A DNA stretch of 40,716 nt from NCBI GenBank assembly GCA_964014485.1, contig CAXHAT010000056.1:1-40716 (forward strand), read 5' to 3'. This document shows, in pieces, positions 9,413 to 17,681 of the stretch; the first letter of the stretch is position 1; each line of letters opens with the position of its first letter. Both the position numbers and the translations under genes were made by a program. Source of the stretch: an uncultured Deferribacteres bacterium. GTDB taxonomy: Bacteria > Zhuqueibacterota > Zhuqueibacteria > Zhuqueibacterales > Geothermadaptataceae. Below the pieces are notes generated by a model. It saw nothing but the letters and a program-made list of their open reading frames with translations, had not been told where the DNA came from and did not search any database.

Positions 9413-10375
9413 GTGTACGTCATAGAAACGCAAGAAATCAGCCGTACGTTTAGCCGCGGGCGCGTTAAGGCGCTCTCCGGCATGTCATTAAATGTTAAAA
9501 AAGGCGTCATTTTCGGCCTGCTTGGCCCGAACGGCGCCGGGAAAACCACTTTCATCAAAATTCTGCTCAGCGTGCTGCGCGCTGAAAAAGGCGTGGCAAA
9601 ACTGTTTGGGCTCCCCGTTGAAAACCATCTCTCACGCCAATCCGTTGGCTACCTGCCCGAAAATCATCGATTTCCGGAATTCCTCACCGGCGGCGCTTTG
9701 ATCGACTACTCCGCCAGACTTAGCGGCATGGAAAACGCCGCCGAACGTTTACAGCGCGCGGAAATCCTCTTGAATCGCGTCAAAATGTGGCAATGGCGCG
9801 ATACGAAAATTAAAAAATACAGCAAAGGCATGATCCAGCGTCTCGGACTCGCGCAGGCCATGATGCACGAGCCCAAACTGCTCTTTCTTGACGAGCCGAC
9901 CGACGGCGTCGATCCGATTGGGCGTAGAGAAATTCGCGACCTTTTGCTCGAACTCAAGGCAGGCGGCGCAACGATCTTTCTCAACTCACACTTGCTTTCC
10001 GAAGTCGAAATGATCTGTGATGAGGTTGCAATTCTTGACAAGGGTCGCCTGCTGAAGCACGGTACGGTCGATGAATTGACCGTTCAAAAAAAGCGATACA
10101 TGGTGCAAGCCAAAATCTCGGATGAAAGTCTAAAATCGGCTATAACTCAAAAAGTTGAATCCTTGAGCCAGGAAAACGGCTACCTTGACGTGACCGTCGA
10201 AAATGTCACGCAATTGAACTCGGTGATTGACTTGTTGCGACAAAGCGACGTCTTGATCGAGGCCGTGACGCCGTTCCGCCAGACGCTTGAAGACAGCTTT
10301 GTTCAAACAATTCAAAGTGAAGAATTGACTGACTTTACTAGTATTTTGAGCAAGCCGCAAGAGGGGGGCGAGTAG
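9413..10375 (+). CDS. ABC-2 type exporter ATP-binding protein
   Basis: GPNGAGKT, YSKGMIQR, LFLDEPTDGVD, FLNSHLLSE; GTG 9413 follows GGAGG. Confidence 0.93.
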   Translation: MYVIETQEISRTFSRGRVKALSGMSLNVKKGVIFGLLGPNGAGKTTFIKILLSVLRAEKGVAKLFGLPVENHLSRQSVGYLPENHRFPEFLTGGALIDYSARLSGMENAAERLQRAEILLNRVKMWQWRDTKIKKYSKGMIQRLGLAQAMMHEPKLLFLDEPTDGVDPIGRREIRDLLLELKAGGATIFLNSHLLSEVEMICDEVAILDKGRLLKHGTVDELTVQKKRYMVQAKISDESLKSAITQKVESLSQENGYLDVTVENVTQLNSVIDLLRQSDVLIEAVTPFRQTLEDSFVQTIQSEELTDFTSILSKPQEGGE

Positions 10376-11206
10376 ATGGAAAAGATTTGGGCCGTTATTT
10401 ACTACACGTTTCGAGAATCTCTCGCGAGAAAAACATTCATTACTTTTTTCATCATTTCGACCATAACGCTGCTGTTTCTCTTGTTTGCCGTCAATCTCGA
10501 TATCGTAGACGGCGCATTGGTCGGAGCCAATATTTTCGGCGGAGAAGTTCGCGGCGGGGGCAGGTTAAACCTGGAAGATTTGATGCTGCAAGTTGAAACC
10601 GCTTTGGCAGGTTTCATTCATGTAGGCGGAGTGTTTTTCGCCATTTTCGCGACCGCCAGCCTCGTCCCCAACATGCTGCAAAAGGGAAATATCGATTGGT
10701 TGCTTTCGAAGCCGCTGGCCAGACACTGGCTTTTGACAGGGCGAGCTCTTGGAGCAATCGCCATTGTCGCATTCAACGTTCTGTATTTCGTTTTTGGGAC
10801 CTGGCTCATCATCTCGATGAAAACCGGCGTTTGGCATTTTGAGTTTTTGCAATCTGGTTTTCTCATCATCTTTATTTTTTCTATTGTTTACTCGTTCATG
10901 GTTCTGTTGGGCGTGCTGATTCAGAACTCCGCCGTGTCAATCATGGGCGCATTCGTGCTTATTGGCTTGGGTTCATTTTTGGCCGGGCGCGACCAAATCT
11001 ACGCCGTCCTCACCAATAAATTTTATCAAATTTTGCTCGACGGACTTTACTACGCCACCCCGCGCCTCGTGGAAATGGGAAAGCTGGCGACTGAGAGCAT
11101 TCTCAGACAACCGTCGTTAGACTGGTCGCCGATCTGGCATTCGCTCATCGTCGGGGTCGGCTATTTTGCTCTGGCAATCATTGCATTTAAACGTAAAAAC
11201 TTTTAA
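10376..11206 (+). CDS. ABC-2 type exporter permease
   Basis: About 6 TM segments; G.IDWLLSKPL.R...GR motif; C-terminal F.RKNF; ATG directly follows the ATPase stop. Confidence 0.88.
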   Translation: MEKIWAVIYYTFRESLARKTFITFFIISTITLLFLLFAVNLDIVDGALVGANIFGGEVRGGGRLNLEDLMLQVETALAGFIHVGGVFFAIFATASLVPNMLQKGNIDWLLSKPLARHWLLTGRALGAIAIVAFNVLYFVFGTWLIISMKTGVWHFEFLQSGFLIIFIFSIVYSFMVLLGVLIQNSAVSIMGAFVLIGLGSFLAGRDQIYAVLTNKFYQILLDGLYYATPRLVEMGKLATESILRQPSLDWSPIWHSLIVGVGYFALAIIAFKRKNF

Positions 11207-11223
11207 CCCACCGGAGATTTGTT

Positions 11224-12216
11224 ATGAAAATGCGTGCATTCCTGGGAGCCGCTTTTGTTGCTCTTTGTTTTCTCGGTCAAACCGGCTGCACCGAACCTGC
11301 GAAGCAGGAAATTACCGAATCCGCACACGCGGACCTGGATAAATTGCCGGAAGAAGCCAACATGTTCTTTTTCTGCGATTTCGAGAAAATAAATGAAAGT
11401 GAAATTGGGCAAGTGCTCGTCCGTGATATGAGGACGAACATAGATCGCGACATTCGCCATAGTGATTTTGAATCATTCAAAGAGGCGACCGGACTCGATC
11501 CCTTTGAGGATTTTAAGACCATTCTCGTTGCGGGAAAAATCAAAGAATCACGCCGAAACGATGATTTTGCCGTCATCTTACACGGCAATTTCGATGAAGA
11601 AAAAATTATGGGTTTTGCGCGTGAAAAACTTGAAGAAGAACGACGAGATATTCCGTGGACGACCGAAGAACTTTCCGGGAATACGATCTATACGATTGAA
11701 AAAAGAGACGAGGTAAGCTTTTGTTTTGTCAACGGTTCAACGGTCTATCTCGGGTCGCCGGACTGGGTAAGAGCCGCATTGGAAAATGAAGGGCGAGGGA
11801 GTTCAGGAAGTCGCGAAAGCGTTACAGACGCGCTGAAAAACCATATCAAGTACGGCGATCAATTCTGGATGACCGTGGATGCTGCGGCAATTGATCGTCA
11901 ACCGATGGGACGCAGTCTGCGCGAGAACGTGCCCGCTGCCGAGCGTATCAAATCGCTCTATTTTTCCGCCCAAACTTCAGATCGCATCGACTTCGCAGGC
12001 AAAATTCTCTGCGACGATTCACAAAGCAGTCAGCTCCTCGTTGATATGATGCGCGGTGCGTTGGCGACGGCCAAGCTTTCCGTTTCAAAAGAACGCAGTA
12101 TCGTTGACGAACTGAATAATATTGAGATATTTCAGGACGGTTCTAACGCTGTGTTAAAAGGCAAGATCACTCAAGAATTGATTAAGAAAATAGAAGATCA
12201 TCGCGGGATTTTGTAA
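11224..12216 (+). CDS. Putative lipoprotein of unknown function
   Basis: Hydrophobic signal followed by QTGC lipobox; GGAG RBS; 330-aa ORF co-oriented with the ABC-2 genes. Confidence 0.75.
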   Translation: MKMRAFLGAAFVALCFLGQTGCTEPAKQEITESAHADLDKLPEEANMFFFCDFEKINESEIGQVLVRDMRTNIDRDIRHSDFESFKEATGLDPFEDFKTILVAGKIKESRRNDDFAVILHGNFDEEKIMGFAREKLEEERRDIPWTTEELSGNTIYTIEKRDEVSFCFVNGSTVYLGSPDWVRAALENEGRGSSGSRESVTDALKNHIKYGDQFWMTVDAAAIDRQPMGRSLRENVPAAERIKSLYFSAQTSDRIDFAGKILCDDSQSSQLLVDMMRGALATAKLSVSKERSIVDELNNIEIFQDGSNAVLKGKITQELIKKIEDHRGIL

Positions 12217-12223
12217 ACCGCTC

Positions 12224-12318
12224 TGGATTGATGGATTGATGGATTGATGGATTGATGGATTGATGGATTGATGGATTGATGACGTCTCCAAAAATCCATT
12301 ACTCCATCAATCCAACAT
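12224..12318. repeat. 8-bp tandem repeat (TGGATTGA x7) followed by four degenerate inverted copies
   Basis: Seven exact copies at 12224-12279; TCCA-N4 units at 12287, 12295, 12303 and 12311 (TCCAAAAA, TCCATTAC, TCCATCAA, TCCAACAT). Confidence 0.95.
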
Positions 12319-12353
12319 CAATTTTAAACACGGCCCGCTGTCTGTTTACTTTC

Positions 12354-13097
12354 TCACGAAACGCTCCCGCCGTCGACGGAAAGAACAACCCCTGTCACAA
12401 AACTCGCCTCATCCGAAGCCAAATATAAATAAGCGTTCGCAATGTCCTCTGGTTGCCCCATGCGACCCAGCGGCGTTTTAGCCAAAATCATCTGCACAAT
12501 TTTTTCGGGGATTGTCTTGACCATGTCCGTGGCGATAAATCCCGGCGCGACGGCGTTCGAACGTATGCCGTAGCGTCCCAACTCTCGCGCCCATGTTTTT
12601 GTCATGCCAATCACACCTGCTTTTGTCGCCACATAATTCGACTGCCCGAAATTTCCATATAAAGCAACAACGGAAGCTGCGTTAAGAATAACCCCGCCCC
12701 GGCCTTGGTCGATCATCACTTTCGCCGCCGCCTGCCCGCACATAAAAACGCCTTTCAGATTTACGTCCACGACGCTTTGCCATTGCTCCATGTCCATTTT
12801 GATCAATTGCGCGTCGCGTGTGATTCCAGCGTTATTAACGAGAATGTCCAATCCGCCAAAAGCGTCGACAGTGTTTTTGATAACGCTCTCAACGTTCTCT
12901 TGATCCGCGACGTTGAGCATTTCAAAACGGGCTCTGCCGCCATTTTCATTTATTTTTTCAGCCGTTTTCCCGCCCGCTTCTTCTGCGACGTCAGCGATGA
13001 CAACCGCCGCGCCTTCTCGGGAAAAAATTTCAGCCGTTGCACGTCCGATTCCATTCGCGCCGCCAGTGATGATCGCGACTTTGTCTTTCAGTTTCAT
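12354..13097 (-). CDS. fabG: 3-oxoacyl-ACP reductase / acetoacetyl-CoA reductase-like SDR
   Basis: TGGANGIG, NNAGITRD, GNFGQSNYVATK (YxxxK), PGFIATDM, PLGRMG. A PhaB-type activity cannot be excluded. Confidence 0.8.
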   Translation of the reverse strand: MKLKDKVAIITGGANGIGRATAEIFSREGAAVVIADVAEEAGGKTAEKINENGGRARFEMLNVADQENVESVIKNTVDAFGGLDILVNNAGITRDAQLIKMDMEQWQSVVDVNLKGVFMCGQAAAKVMIDQGRGGVILNAASVVALYGNFGQSNYVATKAGVIGMTKTWARELGRYGIRSNAVAPGFIATDMVKTIPEKIVQMILAKTPLGRMGQPEDIANAYLYLASDEASFVTGVVLSVDGGSVS

Positions 13098-13202
13098 GGT
13101 TCTCCTTTTTAAGATCACTAATCGTTAAATTTCTCTTTTATCAATTACGATATGAAATAAATTACTTTTGCTCGGTTCATTCAATTTCAACGGAGAGGAG
13201 AA

Positions 13203-13712
13203 ATGAAAGCGCTCAGAAAAATCGCGGTCGCGGGAGTTGTTCTCGCGCTCATTTCGCTAAAAACGTCCTGCACGGGAACGGCTTCGACGAGTCCGGACGA
13301 AACAACTGCTGTGTCGTCCGTTTTGGATGATTTGCACTTGGCTGCAAGCGAAGCCAATGGCGACAAATACTTTGGCTGCTTCTCGGAAGACGCCGTTTTC
13401 TTTGGAACAGACGCAACGGAACGTTGGACGATTAAAGAATTTCGCGCCTACGCCGAAAAACGGTTCAATCAAGGAAAAGGGTGGACTTACCATGTGACGG
13501 AGCGCAATATTTTCTTTGCCGACGATCAAAAAACAGCTTGGTTTGACGAGCGTTTGAATAACGAAAACTTCGGGGATTGTCGCGGCACCGGCGTTCTGGA
13601 AAAGCAGGAAAACGGTTGGAAGATTGCTCAATATAATCTCGCAGTGCCGATTCCTAACGACCTGGCGAAAGAAATCGTCCAAATGATCCGAGCGCATGAC
13701 GAGCAAAACTAA
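13203..13712 (+). CDS. SnoaL-like / NTF2-family exported protein
   Basis: Signal/lipoprotein-like N-terminus; F.GTDATERW, AWFDERL, RGTGVL....WKIAQYNL..PIPN. Confidence 0.85.
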   Translation: MKALRKIAVAGVVLALISLKTSCTGTASTSPDETTAVSSVLDDLHLAASEANGDKYFGCFSEDAVFFGTDATERWTIKEFRAYAEKRFNQGKGWTYHVTERNIFFADDQKTAWFDERLNNENFGDCRGTGVLEKQENGWKIAQYNLAVPIPNDLAKEIVQMIRAHDEQN

Positions 13713-13743
13713 GCGCGTGGCCTATTCTGATTCGCCTGCATGG

Positions 13744-14718
13744 TTAGTAAATTTTTATCCGCCCTGAGTCGACTCGACGAAGCAACGCTCGAATGCGTGA
13801 TGACAGCTCTGAAATTTCCCTACGCGTTAAACCGAGTTGGATCACATTGCCAATGCGCCGCACGCCGAGATCAGGCTTGGGGTTTTGCTGCAGCTCAACA
13901 TTTTTGATTACGCCAGGGGTGATTTCTAGCTGTACGACTGCGCCCAATTCCTGATTTAATTTTTCTTCGGTTAAAGTGCGCAGCCGGTCTATGAGTTTTT
14001 TCGGCGCTTGCTCGATAAACAGCTCTCGCCAAAAGTGCCCGCGATCACTTGCCTCACTCGCGAAAGAGATGCCATTATCTACCGCAAAAACTGTCGGCTT
14101 GTCCAGGTTCTTCGAAATAAGAAAATTCCCTTCATTTGAATCATTGTGATTGATCAAGTAGGCGAAAATATTCGTCACTCCGGCTGATCGTGCGTAAACA
14201 GAATCCATCTGAAGACGTTTTTTATCAAAAACTTTGCGATGGTCTATGTTGCTCAGCCAATACTGGGTTACGAAAAGCACGATGTTCAAACGATCAAAAG
14301 TTGCAACGGCGTCGCGATCGATCTTTACATATTGCGACAGCGGCAAAGCTCGCACGACGGTTGGCGGCACGACATATTCCTCAGGATCAAGGATGAGCTT
14401 TTGAAATTTGTAGGCCGCGACTTCATAGCGAGGTTGGTTATTGAAAGTCTCGCCGCCGGCTATTGATCGCCGAAACTTTGCCTGGAAACTTGCTCCGTCG
14501 GCGTATTCGAGCGTGACGCGTTTCGTCACATTCTCACTAGTTCTTAAACTGGCAATTTTGATTGGGTTAATTTCATCAAAGAGCAGCTTTTTCTCAATCG
14601 TTGCAATTGGCAGCAAGAAGTTTTCTTCCTGAGAAAACAGATTTGTAGAGAAGAGAAGAAGGAAAAAGATCGCCGGAAGAATCTTCTGCAGCGATTTCAA
14701 ACGTTCGGCAGGATTCAT
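13744..14718 (-). CDS. Exported protein with an atypical protein-kinase-like fold (PI3/4K, HipA or Fam20/CotH-like)
   Basis: Signal peptide; AKF (beta3 Lys), YEVAAY (helix C Glu), VPPTV, DSNEGNFL catalytic loop, VDNG Mg-binding motif. Confidence 0.6.
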   Translation of the reverse strand: MNPAERLKSLQKILPAIFFLLLFSTNLFSQEENFLLPIATIEKKLLFDEINPIKIASLRTSENVTKRVTLEYADGASFQAKFRRSIAGGETFNNQPRYEVAAYKFQKLILDPEEYVVPPTVVRALPLSQYVKIDRDAVATFDRLNIVLFVTQYWLSNIDHRKVFDKKRLQMDSVYARSAGVTNIFAYLINHNDSNEGNFLISKNLDKPTVFAVDNGISFASEASDRGHFWRELFIEQAPKKLIDRLRTLTEEKLNQELGAVVQLEITPGVIKNVELQQNPKPDLGVRRIGNVIQLGLTRREISELSSRIRALLRRVDSGRIKIY

Positions 14719-15848
14719 CAGTTTATTTCCTTGTAATACACCGCCTCCGTCACTTTTGCCCAGTTCGAAACATCTTTTTTGAAGGTGGAAAATGATTGAT
14801 AGACGCGCTGTGCAAACGGATCGCTTTCTACAAGTTCATCTACGGCTTCTTGAGAATAACGACGCAGCGCTGCGAGTACGTCGGCGGGAAATGCGCGTAG
14901 TTGCACGTCATGTTCGTTAATTAATTTCAGCAAATATTCATTGTTTTTTGCCTCAAACTCCGAAAGCATCCATACATTTGAACGCGCCGCCGCCGCCCGA
15001 ATAATTTCCTGAAGATTTTTCGGTAAGCCCTCGAACGCGCTTTTGTTGACCGTAAGCTCGAGCAGGGCGCAGGGTTCGTGCCAGCCGGGGTAGTAGTAAT
15101 ACTTCGCTATTTGATGCAGCCCCAATTTATAATCGTGGTATGCGCCGACCCATTCCGCTGCATCGATAACGCCGCGATCCAGGTTGGTATAAATTTCCGA
15201 ACCGGGCGTAGCCAGCCCCGTACCGCCCGCTTTATCAATGACTTTTCCGCCAAGCCCGGGGATGCGCATCTTCAACCCCTTGAGATCGGAAATTGAATTG
15301 ATTTCTTTGTTGAACCAGCCGCCCATTTGCATACCCGTATTGCCGGCGGGCATCGGAATCAGATTGAAATTGGCGTATAATTCTTCCCAAAGCTGCAAGC
15401 CGCCGCCGCTGTACATCCAGGCGTTCATTTGCTGAGTATTCAAACCGAATGGAACAGCGCCAAAAAATTGAGCGGCAGGCGCTTTTCCAGCCCAATAGTA
15501 CGACACGCCGTGGCTCATTTGCGCCACGCCTTGCCGTACCGCCTCAAATGCTTCAAATGCTGGAACAAGCTCGCCGGCGCCGTAAACCTTAACCTTGAGC
15601 TGACCTTCCGACATTTCTTCGACCCAATTCCCCAGCATCTCCGCGCCTTCGCCCATCACGGGAAAGCCCGGCGGCCACGTCGTCACCATTTGCCAGTTGT
15701 ACGATTTTCTGGTATGCACCGCCGGCCCGCCCGAAGTTTGTCCTTCCGGCTGACACCCGGCGAGAACCGATCCGGCGGCTAACGTTGCGGCAGAGCCCTT
15801 TTTGAGAAATTCTCGACGTTTTAGTGATTTCGCATCCGATTTCATCAA
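14718..15848 (-). CDS. TRAP transporter solute-binding protein (DctP/TakP-like), Tat lipoprotein
   Basis: KRREFLK Tat motif, LAGC lipobox; GNTGMQMGGWFNKEI, LKGLKMRIPG, IDAAEWVG, YYYPGWHEP. Confidence 0.93.
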   Translation of the reverse strand: MMKSDAKSLKRREFLKKGSAATLAAGSVLAGCQPEGQTSGGPAVHTRKSYNWQMVTTWPPGFPVMGEGAEMLGNWVEEMSEGQLKVKVYGAGELVPAFEAFEAVRQGVAQMSHGVSYYWAGKAPAAQFFGAVPFGLNTQQMNAWMYSGGGLQLWEELYANFNLIPMPAGNTGMQMGGWFNKEINSISDLKGLKMRIPGLGGKVIDKAGGTGLATPGSEIYTNLDRGVIDAAEWVGAYHDYKLGLHQIAKYYYYPGWHEPCALLELTVNKSAFEGLPKNLQEIIRAAAARSNVWMLSEFEAKNNEYLLKLINEHDVQLRAFPADVLAALRRYSQEAVDELVESDPFAQRVYQSFSTFKKDVSNWAKVTEAVYYKEIN

Positions 15849-16011
15849 TGTCTCCAGCTAAATTTTGGGGTTCGAAGAAGTCGCAAAATATTATAGAACG
15901 TCCGCGTCTCCAAGCGAAAACCGACTGCGACCCGTTCGTTAAAAATGGATTTTGTTTTGGCTGGAAATGTCGGTACATGGGCTTTTAAAAATATGCAAAA
16001 ATCAAGGAACG

Positions 16012-16359
16012 ATGCGGATAATAATCATTGGGGCGGGAGAAATTGGCTACAATTTAGCCAAAAATCTATCCTACGAGAAACATGACGTCGCTATCATCGA
16101 AGAAAATCAGGAACGGTACGCCCGAGCTGCGGATTCGCTCGACGTACAAGCCATTTGGGGAAGCGGAACCAGCTTCAAAGTTCTTGAACAGGCGGAACTT
16201 CGAAAAGCTGATATGCTCGTCGGCGCGACAACCACTGACGAAGTTAATTTAATTTCTTCCATTATCGCCAAAAAATATGGCGTTGAAAAAACCATCGCTC
16301 GTATCAAGAACCTGGAATTTCTAAATAAAAGCGCTCCGCTCAACCAGGATGAACTTGGC
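16012..16359 (+). pseudogene. trkA: trkA 5' fragment (first RCK_N domain only)
   Basis: MRIIIIGAGEIG, HDV.IIE, LE.A...ADMLVG.T..DEVNL, IARI; similarity ends after about 116 codons. Confidence 0.85.
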
Positions 16360-16670
16360 AGAGTAGGAGGGAAGGCCGTTTCGCAAGAAACATTTACAAC
16401 ATCACAGGATTTTTTCTGTTTTATATGCTGCTTTTTGTTTTTGGCGTACTTTTTATGAGCTTACTCGGGCTGGATTTGCCGAGCGCGTGCGGCAGCGTCG
16501 TCGCAACAATCAGCAACATCGGTCCCGGGCTGGGCGATGTCGGCCCGACGGATAATTTTGCGGCGATTCCTACAGTCGGCAAGTGGTTTTTGAGCTTTTT
16601 AATGTTGGTCGGCAGGCTGGAAATCTTTACCGTTCTTGTGCTTTTTAGTCATACCTTCTGGCGGAAATAA
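16360..16670 (+). pseudogene. trkH: trkH 3' fragment, fused to the trkA fragment and frameshifted near 16390
   Basis: RVGGKAVSQE, then after a frame change IYNITGFFLFYMLLF...ATISNIGPGLG..GP..NF...KW....MLVGRLEIFTVL, the TrkH C-terminus. Confidence 0.85.
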
Positions 16671-16677
16671 TAAATAT

Positions 16678-16791
16678 CTACCTGTTTAAAATCAAATCCG
16701 CGCCTTTTTCGGCGATTATGTAGACCGGGGCGGGGCGTTGGTGTTTCCCGGAAACGATGGTCGGCATAATGGATGCATCAACAACGCGCAG
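16678..16791 (-). pseudogene. Duplicated, degenerate 3' end of the GMC oxidoreductase gene
   Basis: Reads LRVVDASIMPTIVSG..PVYIIAEKGADLILNR-stop; aligns to 17695-17795 with a 1-nt and a 5-nt insertion. Confidence 0.88.
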
Positions 16792-16805
16792 GCGCTTTGG
16801 CAACT

Positions 16806-17231
16806 TTAGCTTGTCTTTCCCGCTTCAGACGCTAGCTTTTCCAGAACAAATTCTTCTATTCTTTCAGCCGCTTCGACAGCTTCCGTTGCATTGGATTCGG
16901 TGAGTGTCTCGAAGGACAAATCACCCGGATATCGAGCTTCGGAAATATAGTCGTTCAATATTTGCGCGGATGATTTAAGTTGGGTAAAAGCATGCTCATA
17001 TTCTACGGCAGCCCCCAATAATTCGATCAAATCATGCGTCTTTTTTAGCCGCCAACCCCGCGTAATTAGAAATCCTTTCAAATACTTTTCGGCGCTGCCT
17101 TGACAAAGGAAGCAAACGGTATTGTATGGTGAAAAATCTTCTTTCAAACCTGCCTTCGCAAAAAGCAGATTTTCTCGGGCGAACCGTAACCATTCTTGAA
17201 CTATACTTTTCTGTTCAGGAGCCTCTTTCAT
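16806..17231 (-). CDS. HEPN domain protein
   Basis: W...A..NL..A, CF.CQ..AEKYLK.FL, KTHDL..L, Y..ARYPG; its start overlaps the end of the MNT gene. Confidence 0.9.
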   Translation of the reverse strand: MKEAPEQKSIVQEWLRFARENLLFAKAGLKEDFSPYNTVCFLCQGSAEKYLKGFLITRGWRLKKTHDLIELLGAAVEYEHAFTQLKSSAQILNDYISEARYPGDLSFETLTESNATEAVEAAERIEEFVLEKLASEAGKTS

Positions 17232-17574
17232 ACAAGACTTGCCCGTCCTTAAAAATGTGATATAGATAAAATGGATTCTCCGCTCGAATATTCCAATCGA
17301 CCTCTGCCGATTTACGAACACGAATATCGATTGGAAAACGTCTGCCGAACAGTAGATTATCAATTTCTCGTCTTACCAGAAGATTTGATTCTTTGCTGTC
17401 TTTAATAATGAACAAGTCCAAATCGCTGTCTTCGTGAAAGTCGCCGCGCGCGTAGGAGCCGTAAAGAATGATTTTTTCCGGCTGGATCGCGCGCACGATT
17501 TTGCGGGTAATGTAGTCGATCAACTCCGGCGTAATCTTATCGGTTTGCAGCTTCTTGTCGATTTCATCGATCAT
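17215..17574 (-). CDS. Minimal nucleotidyltransferase (MNT) domain protein
   Basis: PEKIILYGSYARGDFHEDSDLDL (GS-x10-DxD), C-terminal I.KDG.VLYE. Confidence 0.92.
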   Translation of the reverse strand: MIDEIDKKLQTDKITPELIDYITRKIVRAIQPEKIILYGSYARGDFHEDSDLDLFIIKDSKESNLLVRREIDNLLFGRRFPIDIRVRKSAEVDWNIRAENPFYLYHIFKDGQVLYERGS

Positions 17575-17616
17575 AATGTCAATCGCATTTTGTAAACCTG
17601 CTATCGATGCGCAATG

Positions 17617-17645
17617 AATTTATGTATCGTAGATGTGGAATTCAA
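17617..17645 (-). promoter_or_regulatory. Putative sigma70 promoter for MNT-HEPN
   Basis: Minus strand TTGAAT-17 nt-TAAATT, about 40 nt upstream of the MNT start. Confidence 0.45.
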
Positions 17646-17681
17646 ACAATTTCATTTTTTATCAGCATCGCCCCAAATGCA

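Noticed and set aside
12224..12281. Possible CRISPR array
   Set aside because: The unit is 8 bp with no spacers, and there are no cas genes.
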